Below, in pieces: positions 12,330 to 23,900 of a DNA stretch of 64,000 bases; positions within the stretch are counted from its first letter, which is position 1, and every line of letters begins with the position of its first letter. Position numbers and translations under genes: made by a program. The stretch is from positions 560,001 to 624,000 of the forward strand of contig NC_045698.1 in assembly GCF_009834535.1 (NCBI RefSeq). Direction: 5' to 3'. The DNA is from Camelus ferus (lineage: Eukaryota). The notes under the pieces are model-generated. The model did not search any database. It was given only the letters and a program-made list of their open reading frames with translations, and was not told the origin of the DNA.

Positions 12330-13180
12330 CACAACTCAATCTAGAAAACACTACACAACTGAAAAATGGCAGAGGATTGGAAGAGGCGTTTTCCTGAAGA
12401 CGACGCACAGACAGCCAAGAGGCGTGAGAAGATGCTCGACGCCACTGACTGTGAGGGAGACGCAGGTCAGCACCACGACGAGGCGTCGCCTCACCCACCA
12501 GGATGGCTGTTTCTAAAGAGACAATGAATTAGTGTTGGTGAGGACGTGGAGAAAAGGGAACTTCCCTACCAGTGCAAACCGGTGCAGTCACTGTGGAAAA
12601 CAGCGTGGAGATTCCTCAAAATATTAAAAGTAGAGCTACCGTATGCCCAGCCATTCCATTCCCGGGCGTGCGTCGGAAGAAAACGAAAACACTAACATGA
12701 AAAGATCCACGCACCCCAGTATTCACAGCAGGGTTACATGACAGCGGCCAAGATACGGGCACAACCTAGGTGTCCGCCGACGGAAGTGCGTCCGCGCGCA
12801 CAGCAGAATACCACTCGGCCATGGAAAGGAGCGGGGTCTGCGGCAGCGCGGGCGGGCCCGGAGGGCACCGTGCTCGGTGACAGAACTCAGGCAGAGAGCA
12901 GGTGCTCTGAGATACCATTTATATATGGGATCTAAAAGGTAAAACAAAATATAACAAAGCGGAAACAGACTCACAGACAGAGAACAGGCCACAGGGGAGA
13001 CGCGTGGGGCGCGGCCCCGAGCTACGACGACTGGGTGCAAGAGGGTGACTCACGGCCCGGGGAGTGTGGTCGCTGTCTCGTGCCTTCCATGGAGGGTAAT
13101 CTGAAAAGTGTCACATCGCTACGTTGTGCACCTGAAGCCAATGCGACTCCGTCCGTCAACCGCATTTCAGTGAAAAAGAA
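12330..13180 (+). mobile_element. 5'-truncated LINE-1 (ORF2 C-terminus plus 3' UTR, L1MA-like)
   Basis: Typical L1 3' blocks: AGTGTTGGTGAGGACGTGGAGAAAAGGGAAC, CTGTGGAAAACAGCGTGGAGATTCCTCAAAATATTAAAAGTAGAGCTACC, and terminal CCTGAAGCCAAT...TTCAGTGAAAAAG. Confidence 0.9.
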
Positions 13181-14149
13181 GCGTGAGGTGAGAAATCAGT
13201 CCACTTCATAATTAAGTTACCTCAAGGTGTGTTTTTAATTAATTAACTAAAACAAAATTAAAGTGGGAGACCCCTCCACACCTGAAGGCTCAGACACAGT
13301 CTCCTGCACCCCCTTCTAACTCACGGTGGCAGCCAGGGCGCTGGCGGAGCCCGGCCTGTCCTTACGTGAGGGCTGGGGGAGGAGCCCGGCCACTTTCCTC
13401 TCGTGATAACTACCTTCCCCACGACTTCATGGAAGAGTCTGTCCCCGGTCACCCCCCCGTGACCCCCCGCCCCCAGGACTTGGTCCAGTCCTTGCGCCGA
13501 AGCCGGTGGCCCCGCAGCCACGGCCTGGCGGGCAGTCTCGACGCTGACGGGGAGGGCTCCTGCCGGGGGCGTCCCCTCTGGCCCGTCTGTGCAGCTCGTG
13601 TGCCCTCGTCCCCGTGAGCTTGCAAGTCGGGTCGCCAGGCTCGGGGCAGAGCCCTCTGGAAGCCGGCGGGTCTCACTGCCCACCCAGACCCGCCGGGAGC
13701 TCCCCAGCCTGGCGACCTCCCCAGGAGCTCAGGCCTTGGTCACGTCTCAGCAAAGCTTGCAGCTTTCTCCTCAGGTCCCCTTCATCTTTTGCTGGTTTTC
13801 GCACCTTTAGGATGTCTGCTCCGGGGTACAGAAGTGCAGCTGATCCCGCATGCTGGGTTTGCACCCAGCACGCTGGCTGCACCTGGTTACGTCCGATGAG
13901 CGCGTGCACGTCACTCTGAAGCTGCTCCCTTCAGTCTTTTACTTCTTGTCTTACTTCTTTCTCATCTTCCCTAATTTCTGTAATATCACTTGTGAAAAAT
14001 CTGTTTTCCCTTCCAACCGTCTCTCTCTCCCTCCGTCTCTCCGACTCTCTGTCTCCCTCTGCCTGGCTGTGTGTGTCTGTCTCCCCCGTGTCGCTCCCGC
14101 ATGGATGATGTGACCCGCGCCCCTCTCGGGATGGTAGGAACCAGTGCTT

Positions 14150-14295
14150 TCGGGAGGCATCCTTGTCGTTCCTGCTCTTAAGGGGAACACTTTCTGTTCA
14201 ACCGTTTAGTGTTACACTTGCTGAAGGTTTTTGGAAGATGCTTCACCCAGTGAAGGAAATGCCTTTCTGTTCTTAGTCTGCTGAGAGCTGTTGTG
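14150..14295 (-). mobile_element. Old LINE-1 ORF2 fragment, antisense
   Basis: GGCATCCTTGTCGTTCCTGCTCTTAAGGGGAACACTTTC...TTCTTAGTCTGCTGAGAG resembles the reverse complement of the L1 RT region. Confidence 0.65.
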
Positions 14296-15920
14296 GACGA
14301 CTATGGAGAGCTCGCAGATGTTTCTCTACAAGCCAACCACGTGGCTGCTCTTCTTTACTTGTTAGCATAGCTCTAGGAACTGGAATTTTGTCTGTCTGGG
14401 CACTGCAGCATGCCCACTGCCTAGAGCAGGAGCCAGTGACAAAGCACCTCAGCCTCCCCATCTGGAAAATGGGTCCATCGCAGGCACCTAGGACCGGAAA
14501 TCTGGCTTCTGGAAGCAGACTGTGGCCAAGTCACAGCAGCACCGGCTGGGCCCAGGGCTTGGGCCAGTGGCCGGCGGGAGCCATCGGCGGCTGTCAGACA
14601 GGACGGTCATCCAGCTCTGCCCACTCTCCTGGCTCAGGGCACAGCCCAGGACGTGGGGGCCTATCACTTCAGCTTCTCTGGGGTCTCAAACTGGAGAGGT
14701 GGCCTTTGGAGGACTGCTCCAGCATGAAGGGGCCACGGGGTCCTTGGACATGCCTATGAAGCCCCCGGTCCTGGGGGTCAACTCCACCGCATCCCAGGGC
14801 AGCCAGCTGAGGAGGACTCAGGCGTTGGGGCTCCCGGAGGGACTAGCACGCAGAGGGGTCAAGGCGGAGAGGCCCCTTGGATTTGTCTGGGGCCCAATGA
14901 GCAAACATGGTCACTCGCAGCTCCCCCAGCCCGTGAGCACCAGCAGGCCCCGCCACCCCCGTTCTGACACTCTGGTCACAGTTGCTGCACGGGGCTCCCT
15001 CTGCCCAGTCTCCTGGGCCAGGCAGCCAGCACCTGCGTGGGTGCGTGTGTGCTGGCACAAGTGGCCTGCCCGGAGCTTCATGAGGGGGACGGGCCCTCTG
15101 TGCTGGCATTTCGCGGTTTGTCGACCACGCACCTGCCCACCTCTCAGTGCACAGTGCCCTGAGAGGCCGACCTCACGAGCACCTGGGCCATGTGGCCTCT
15201 GTCTATCTTCTCTTCCCTGGGCCCTGCACCCCCCTCTGCCCCGAAGCCCATGTTCGAGGCACCTCCAAGACACCTCTAAGCACGAAAATGGGTCAGTGTG
15301 CCTGCGATCTCATCTCAAACCCAGCAACACGTTCTCCACCAGCCTTACGGTAAAACGTCATCCCTGCTGCTCTGAGAATGGCCATTAGGCGGGGGTTTTC
15401 CTTTCTCCATCGCTTTTACCCAGTCCTCCCCGACGGCGACTCAGAGTCTCTGCTGAAACTGGAGAGGGGACATGGGTGGCAGAGCTCACTGTGACGGAAA
15501 TCTCAGCCACGTTCATGGTGGCTGAGGGGCGAGTCTGGTGACGCGTGGAGACGTGTTGCTGCTCTCTGCGATGGGGCCCAGCTGACGCGCCGTCAGCACC
15601 TGGGGCCCCGGGGTCCGAATGACCCGCCGCGTGGCTAGGGCCAGAAGCCACTCACAGCAGGTCCCTGACTCACTCCTTTCTCCAGGGAAAGCAGGTGAAG
15701 CTCGGGCGAGGACAGAACATGTGCAGGACTTGGGAAAGCTTCACCACAAATGTCAGCTCGCTGTGGTTCTTCGTTACAATGTGTAATAACCACCAGCTGT
15801 CAAAATTGTCAAAAACGTGTCAATCCAGTTACAGTTACGGGATGGCTAGTACAAGGAGAGGAGAGCTTCCATGTTTCCAGGGATGAAGGTACAACAGGAG
15901 TTTAAGGGGCACAAAAATAT

Positions 15921-16459
15921 TGTTGCTAAACCAAACTTGGGCTCTCCTGCCCACGTTTATTGCAGGCGCCAAACAAGGAGTCTGGGTGTCAAATGCGTAA
16001 AAGACCCGAACGCGCCACGGCTCTCAGGGGAGGGTTTAAAGACGGGGGAGGGGGGGCTGTGGGGGCAGGATCACGCATGGACGCTGTTCTGAGTGGTCGG
16101 TAGGGAGGTCACCGGGCGTCGGCATCATCCCCCTTCTGGTTCCAGCTGATCTGGGTCCACGTGTGGGGGGGCAGCTCGCAGTCAGCCTCTTCCCCCGGGT
16201 GGGGGCCTCGGTGTCTGCAGAACAGCTCAAAGGACGAGGCTCAGAGCATTGCCCACAGCCCCTGAGGAGGAGCTGAGAGTCCTTGACTTTGTTTAGCGGC
16301 TGAGCTATGACTAGTTTGTCTTGCTTGACTGTTTTCCTGTGTGTCTGCGTTTTCTCACTTCGCTGATTAAATTTGCTCTTTGGAACTCGGGGAAGCCTGG
16401 GAGGCTGAAGCTTTTCTGCAGACAAGAGGGCGGACACGGCGGGGCCCTGCTCGGTCTCA
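15921..16459 (-). mobile_element. Probable ERV solo LTR, antisense
   Basis: Read on the minus strand it begins TGAGACCGAGCAGGG and ends TTTAGCAACA (TG...CA termini), with AATAAA (plus-strand TTTATT near 15956) close to its 3' end; ~540 bp. No clean TSD. Confidence 0.6.
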
Positions 16460-17134
16460 CTGTGAGGTTGCAGACAAACTGCAGACCCTTTTCAATTCTT
16501 TTTCAAAGAGGTTGACGTGAAAGCCAACTGGAGCCCCTGGCCCTGGGGGCAGGAACGCCGCCGGGAGTGGGGACGCAGTGACCTGACTGCTTATGAGCTG
16601 TCGCGGCAGAGCCATGTCAGACTCTACGCTCACTTCAACGTTCTCTCCTCACAAACAAGAACCACGGCAAACGTGGGGAAAGCATGTTAGTAACAACAGT
16701 CGCTGAGCGCTGTGCACACAGGAACTGTCTTCCAGCCAGCCCACGTGCGTCAGAACAGTCCGGCCCTCAGCACTGTGAGGGGCGCCGCCTCCTTCCCGCT
16801 TACAGGCCTGGACACAGCACCCTCGGGGGCGCCAGCCAGGACGGGCACATCCAGGCAGCTCGTTCCGGATGAGGGGCTCCCTGCGTTCAGGGCCACAAAC
16901 GTGGAGAGCAGGAGTTACCCCACGGCAGGACGGGGAGAAGTTCCAGGTGCCAGGGAGCCGAGGCCGCCGTCTGCTGCTGGCAGATCCAGTCCTGGGGCAC
17001 AAGGGGGCCCGCGGGGCTTCCTCCTTCCTGAAGCACCAAAATTCAGAACCTGTCAGCAGTGGTTTCCTCTGGGCGTGGAGTGAAGGCGAGCTGCGGGCTG
17101 TCACTTTGCAGCTTTCTTTAAGCACGGGCACCAT

Positions 17135-18170
17135 ACTTTTTGTAACTTGTTACTTTGAAAATAATTTTGGAATAGAGAGAAGTTGAGAAACAGTACAGAG
17201 AGTTCCCGTGTCCCCTGTGCCCGGCGTCCCCCAGGCCGGCATCTGGCGTAGCCTCGCCGCCATGCTGGGGTTGGGGGCGGGAGCCGATGCGGGTGGAACA
17301 CAGTCAACTGCACTTTGTCGGGTGTCAGCCTCCATGCGTGCCCCTTCCTGCCCCAGGTCCTGCAGAGGGCCCCGCTGCACTTCCGGTCCTGCTCTTGGTT
17401 TCCTTGTGACCATGACACCCACGAAGGTCAGGGGTTTGCCAGACGTCTCTCACCTTGAGCGACTATTATGCATTTCGACTCGACTGCGGTGACGTATCTT
17501 TGCAAGAAAACAACAGGAGCGCGGATCCCCCAGTGCCATGTCGGGGCACAGGTGCCAGTGTGCTCTGACCTGGTGGCCCCGGGGAGGTGCGGTCAGCCAA
17601 GATCCTCTGCTGAAGTGTCCCTCTTTCCTTTGTAGTCAATAAAGATCTTGGAGAGAGACTTTGAAACTGTGCAAGTATCCATTTCTCCTCAAAACGTTCA
17701 GCCTGCCTTGGTGGGTCTTGCTGCAACGACCAGCCCTGCAGTGCTGCACGGTGATTTTCTGTTTCCCCCACTCCTTCCGCATTTAAGACCTGGAGTCTCT
17801 CTGGAAGGAAGGGCCGTCCTTCTCCCTCGTTCACTGACACCAGTAAGGGCCGCAGATGCTCACCGTCAGCCTCGGGTCCCGCCCCTGCACAGCCGGAGCG
17901 CGCCTGGCGGCTCAGACGCCCAGCTCTGGCTGGCGGGCTCGACCAGCTTGGCTCCTGTAATGTTCGACACACCCCGTGTCTTTCTGAGCACTGTCCTGCT
18001 TTCTGGCACAAAAGGATGCTCTGGGCTCATCCCACATTCTCCCCCAGCCCTGGAATCAGCCACTTCTCCAAGGAGCCCTGGTGCCTTTCACTGGACAATG
18101 GTGTCAGAGGCCAGCGTCTGGGCACTAGGTGTGCTCGTTGCTGTGGGCGCCATTGCGCAGAGAGATATTA
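17135..18170 (-). mobile_element. L1MC-like 3' end fragments, antisense
   Basis: TTTGAAAATAATTTTGGAATAGAGAGAAGTTGAGAAACAGTACAGAGAGTTCCC and CCCAGCCCTGGAATCAGCCACTTCTCCAAGGAGCCCTGG...GGCACTAGGTGTGCTCGTTGCT match recalled L1MC 3' UTR blocks. Confidence 0.7.
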
Positions 18171-19514
18171 AATAGCGAGCTAGCCTGTAACTAGTGCTAA
18201 GTGTTTACTGAATAAATGAACGAAAGAACGAATGAGGGAACTGATTCATCAAAATAGTCAAAAGCGGTTTCTTTTTTATAAGAAATAATTTAAATGTAAA
18301 TAAGCATACGTTTTACTTGCGCTGCTTTTCCTTCTCATCTCGCTCCTCCTTGCGTCTGGAGAAAAAACCCATGCAGATGTTTTGACTAAATAAATCTGTG
18401 GCCCCTTCTCAGCTCCTGTCCAGCTCAGAAACGGCACCTGTCACCGTCCACAGGGATCCCTGGGGCCTTAGTAACATAAACGAACTTCTCAGCCGAAGCA
18501 GAGTGATCCCGATGGTGCTTCTTCACCTGAAAGCAAAGGCTTGCACGCTGCCAAGCAAAGGCAGGGAAGGGCGGACACGGCGTGGCCACGAGGCAGGGGC
18601 GCCAGCCCCGCCGGGCTCTCTGGAGTGGGGATTGTTCCAGGAGCGCTGGGTGTCCTGCACACCATCAGTGTCTTAGCTGGGGACACCTGCTCCTCCTTCT
18701 CGACCTGCATTTACGCTGGATTTTCTTTCCTTTGGTAAGTAGGTTATTCTAGGCGTATTTTCATTGCATCCACAGCAATTACACAAATCTTCCTGTCGCA
18801 GCTTTGCTCCGGGCAAGACCAGCCGCCTGTGGCCAGCATCGCCCTGCCCCCGCCGCCGCCAGACTTGACTCCGGGTGAGAGCGCTTGTCACACCACCGCC
18901 TGGCTTCCCATTTCCATCGACCGTGGGTGCCGTGGGGGCTGGAGCCTAAGCCTCTGCCTGTGCGCGAGCGGCCGGGAGGCGTTAGAGAGTGAGGGGCACC
19001 CGCCACAAGCAGACGGAATGCTGAGCGAAACGAAGTAAAAGTAGAATGGAGGCCTTAGGTGAGGAGCTGGACTTAGGGGAAGCGTTGCACTCGGAGAGCA
19101 CCTGCCTCCCCACGAAGCCGGCGGGTGCAGTCAGCGTAGTCCGGGCCACGCATTACACCACTTCTGCCCCGGGAACCACCCGGGTACAGAGACAGACAGG
19201 CAAGAGGGCCGCAGGCGGAAATGGCCGAGGTCGCTGCCAGGAGTAGGTGCCCAGGTGTTCTGATCCCCCAGCCCCGGGCCAGCCCGCCGGGCTCCCATGT
19301 TGCAGTCGCTTGCCCTTCACCCCGAGGATGGACGCTCCGGAGACGTGGCCGCAAGGGAGGGGGGCAGACCTTGGAATCCACCTGCATTGACTGTTTAAAA
19401 TGATTAATTATCAAGGAGGGGATTAAAGCCAAAAGAAAGTATAAAGAAGGAAGAACCAGCACGAAATATGAAAAATAAACAGGAAGAGTTTTTAAAAGAA
19501 CAAAATAAAACTTT

Positions 19515-19822
19515 GATCAGTTCATCTGCTACAACAAAAACGCCACAGCGCAGAGCGTGACGGGCAGACGTGGTCCTCACGGTCCTGGAGGCCAGGGTCT
19601 GGGATCAGCAGGGCCGTCCTGGGAGGACGCTGCTGGCCGGAGCCGGCCGTGTTCTCTCAGAAAGGGCGCTGGAGCTCCGTGGGGCCCTGTCATCAGCCCG
19701 CCCGCCAGGGGGACCCCGCCCTCACGACCTCATCCCCTCCCAGAGGTGCCGCCTCCTCCACATGGCGCCAGGGTCAGGGGCTCAGCACGTTGCTTGGGGG
19801 ACACAAACATTCAGTGCAGAAT
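19515..19822 (-). mobile_element. MaLR LTR (MLT1-like), antisense
   Basis: CACGGTCCTGGAGGCCAGGGTCTGGGATCAG, CCCTCACGACCTCATC and terminal GGGGACACAAACATTCAG. Confidence 0.75.
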
Positions 19823-21129
19823 GAACTTCCAAGACCAAAGCATGTTGTTATTTGAAATTAAACCACAAAGAAAGGGACCGGCAACAGAGCCATCGCGACT
19901 GAGAGTGACGCTTTGGAGAAATAAGCCACAATGTTCGTTCAGAGAGAAAAAGAGGCGGGGAGAGTGGACGAGAGGGTAAGACACGTGGACGAGAGGGTGA
20001 AAGGTCCAGCTGGTTGTTCACGGGAGTTAGAGGAACAGAAGAGAAGCACCTTACGACTGGCAAGGGCAAGAGAAACAGAACCACCCAAAAAGACGCCACG
20101 TCTTGCAGTGAGGCTGCAAGACATGGGTGGTGAGAGCAGCTTCAGAGCGTTCTGAGAAACGGCGTGTTTCCTCCAGGCAGCGCTGCGACAGAGGGAGGCC
20201 CCCAGGGGGCAGTAGCACCCGCGTGCGCACGCGGGCGCGGGCAAGGGGGACCTGAGGTCCGCGTCCAGCGGTGGGGCGGGGGGCCAGACGTGCCCCCGGT
20301 CTCCAACGTGTTGATGGTTTCATAGCAACGTCTGTGGGTCGAAGCTCGCCGTGTTGCACGCTTGAAATATAATCACTTTTTGTATTTTTGGAGGTCAATT
20401 ATTTCTCCCTAAAGTTGTAAAAACATTTTTTTAAGACAAGTCTTAACAGGCAGGTTTAAAAGCAGGTCAGACCGAGGAGCAGAGAGGATGGGGAGGCTTG
20501 ACAGGGAGGTGTAGAAACACCTGCACTGAGGACCAGAGAGAAAGCGGCGAACATGCGAGCTCCAGTACGTGTGAGAGGCGACAGTGGCGGGATGGGAGCG
20601 GCTAGCACCGTGTGCACTGCAGCCCCAGCCGTGGAGTCGCGGCGCACGGCCACTCCAGCACCAAGGTGGGCGCCCAGGAGCCCAGCAGTGCCAGGTCACA
20701 GGAGAATCGCTGGAAACCAGGGGCAAAGGGGCATTTTAAAAGCCAGAGGGAAAGCAGAAATACACTCCACAAGGAGCAATAAAGTAATGGACCCAGGAAA
20801 GCGCCCTGACGTCTTCGTGGCCTGAGAGAAAGAGAGCACGTTCTCTTACGCCCACAGTGCAGCCTTCACAGCGCAGGTGGGACAGGCCGCTCCAGACTGA
20901 GGACCAGGCTGGCCGTGGCCAGGGACCGGCCGGACGGAGACACCAGCGAGGTCACCCCGGTGGGAGGTGTGTCCCGGGTGGAGGCACGAGGGTGCAGGTG
21001 GTGTGAAGACAGTGGAGAGGGCGACCCACCCCTGGCACATCCGAACGGGCGTCGTGAGGACTCAGAGCTGCAGGCTCACAGCACCTCCCATGGGGGGCCG
21101 TGTCCTGGGCTCTGACGGACACCCTAGCT

Positions 21130-22070
21130 GGTGACGTCGAAGTTAACAACCAAAGGTCCACGTGGATGGGTCCACAGTCACCACGGGGACCTTAGCACAC
21201 GCTTATTAGCAAATGGTAATAAACTGCCAGAAGACAGAGATTTGTAAAACATATTTACGTAATTGACAAATCAGGGAATTCAGTGCATAAAACAAAATTT
21301 CAAGAGTAAGCAGGCCATTTAAAGCACTGACCACAAGCTGGCTGTGAAGCGAGTCTCCCAGAACTTAAACGACTGAGGACCTTGAGCGCATCTTGTTGCC
21401 AGGGGTGGAGAACAGAACATGATGTCAGAAACCCTCAAGTGTTTGGAAATTAAGCAATCCCCTTTTGGATAATCCGCGGGTCAAAAAGGAATCACAGTGG
21501 AAATCAGATCATATTTGAACTCAGTGATAAAAATACACAAACGTGAACCGCGGTACGCAGTGATTTTACAGCCTGAAATGAACATTTAGGGGAAAAGAAT
21601 TTAAGAACGATGGCCTGGTCACCCACTCTATGGAATTAAAGAAGATTAAAGAAAGGAAAAGCCAGCGAAAGGAGCGGGGAGGGCAGGGCAGGCGCTCACG
21701 AAGTACAGACATGCAATAAGGCGTTGTTTTTAAAAAGGTGGCTCTGTGAAAAGACCTGGAGCGCTGATAAAGCCCCGACAGCAGGGGGTGGACAGGAGAG
21801 CAGGCCCCGAGGGCCAGCGTCGGAAGCATGCGCGCCGCTGCCGGCCGCTCCGCGGGCGGCAGAGGCTGTGAGAGATTACTTGGGGACGTTTTCTGCCTTT
21901 GTATTTGAAAACACAGAGGAAATGGATGAGTTCCCAGATAAACACGATTTTCCAAAACTGACTCAAGAGAAGGAGAAATTTGAATCCCTCGATGAAGTCG
22001 ATCTGTAATTAGAAGTCTGCCCCAGAGAGAGTTCGGCCTCAGCTGCTTTTCTCATGAACAGTTTCAAACT
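21130..22070 (+). mobile_element. Old LINE-1 ORF2 fragments (endonuclease and linker region)
   Basis: A-rich; TGTTTGGAAATTAAGCAAT...GGGTCAAAAAGGAATCACAGTGGAAATCAG and GAAATGGATGAGTTCCCAGATAAACAC...CCAAAACTGACTCAAGAG are L1 ORF2-like. Confidence 0.75.
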
Positions 22071-23756
22071 GGAGGACGCAGACCTGGGAGGCTGCCGCGC
22101 TGCCCTCACCCGCCTTCCCCACCCCCGGGGCCTGGCCCAGGCGGGAACGGCCGTGTGCGGGGTCACGGCCTCCCTGCAGCCCCAGCAAGGCCACGACGAG
22201 CTGGCTGGGGCCCCTGGAGACCCACCCACTCCTGGCGCCGCGCTTCCTGCGCTGCAGTGGTTTTGGCCCTAGTAAGCAGAGCCTGTGGCCCAGCTTCTGC
22301 AGTCCCACCCCGAGCGGTCACGCTGCGAGTCTGCACCAGCCCCACCCCAGCGGCCCTTCCCTTGGACCAGGGCTCCTGGACCAATGGGCTCTGCCCTAAT
22401 GCTGAAGGGCCTGCATCTCTGGGTGAAGACAGCCCAACCCTGCGGCCACACAGGGTCCCTCGACCCCATGGCTGCCCCGGCGAGGTAGGCTATCAGACTG
22501 TGTCCACGTGCACACACTCCCGTGCGCTCGCTCACTCACTCACACAGGGACTTCTGCCTGCAGCCACCTGCACGGCTGGTGCCGTCTTACAGCCAAGCAT
22601 CGCGTGTCCTCACCGGCGTCTCTGTAGGGACGGTGCCTGACACAGGCAGACATCACGGGACCACAGTCTCACGCACGTGCACTCACAGAACTCGCCCCTC
22701 ACCCTCCATGGCGCCCAAAGGGACCTGGATGAACCACAAACCCCCTGGCAAAGCGGCAGCGGCTCCAGCAGTGGGGGTCAGTTCAGCCCACGGACGTCCG
22801 CACAGGCCGCACTGCGGCAGGGACCCAGCTTCAGCTGCTTCGCACCGGGTGCTCTCTGGGAGTGGAGTAGCATTTGCTAAATTTGCATCTGGGCCCTGTT
22901 TTCATGACTTGGTGTCAGTTCTACCAAGATGGCCCTGAGCCCGGCTGCGAGGAACCCCGGCCCCAGATCTGTCTGGAGAAGCGTCCAGACGGGCAGGGAG
23001 CGGGGACTCTGGGGAAGACGAGTCTCCAGCGCCCGCTCCACCCCACCGGAGACGCCGCAGGGGAGACCCCAGGAGCCGGGGCGGCTACGGGCACAGGGTC
23101 ACCCTCCCTCTCAAAGGGCCGCCACCCTGGAACATGCGGATACAGTCAGGGCACCGCCCTCCTCTCTTGGGAGTTGTACCTCCCTCCCTCCCGGCTTCCA
23201 GGTCCTTTCACAGCGGGACCTGTCTTCCCTGACGTCCACGTGCCACCTGGCAAACGCTGGTGGAGGGGGCAGAAGGACAGTCAGGGACGGGGTCCAGGAG
23301 CCTGGGCCTTGCACAAGCTCCCCCCACTGTGGGCACAGCGGGCTTGGAGCAGACTCGCAGGGCTGCGGGCGTCTGTGAGGGGCCGGAGACAGCTGGGCCT
23401 GGCTCACCTGGGCAGGCGACATCGCCCGCCTCTGGGCAGGGCGGGGGGTGATGTCACCACAAGTGCGTCCGTTTCCTGAGACACACACAGGCCACACCTG
23501 TGACTCTGGGTTGGCCGAGGAGGCTTCTAGGAGCAAAACGCCATCTCCTGAGCACTAATGAAAACGGGAAGAGAAACACCAGTCTAAACGATTCAAAGGA
23601 ATGTGGGTTGAGACAGAATGTCTGGGGCCGCAGTGATGTCAAGGCATCCGGCCAACTCAGCCCCTGTGGACTGAACTCGGGGACCAGGGACTCCATTGGT
23701 GCCTTAACTGACCTAATGTACTGGTGCCATGGAGACCCTGCAAAGAGTGGCTTCCT

Positions 23757-23900
23757 GGGGGGAGGGCGCAGCTCAAGTGGCAGAGGCTCGAGGCAGAGGT
23801 CCCGGGTTCGATCCCCGGGACCGCCCTGAAAATAAACGAACCTGCTCACCCCCTCAACCAGAGTGAAAAGGAACTGATAACACAGTAACGCCTACACATG
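23757..23900 (+). mobile_element. tRNA-derived SINE, same family as 62-250
   Basis: GGGGGGAGGGCGCAGCTCAAGTGGCAGAG head, B-box GGTTCGATCCCC; TSD AGAGTGGCTTC (23744-23754) / AGAGGGGCTTC (23904-23914). Confidence 0.8.

Noticed and set aside
23540..23750. Possible LTR remnant just before the second SINE
   Set aside because: Only a vague resemblance; no termini or diagnostic block I can support.
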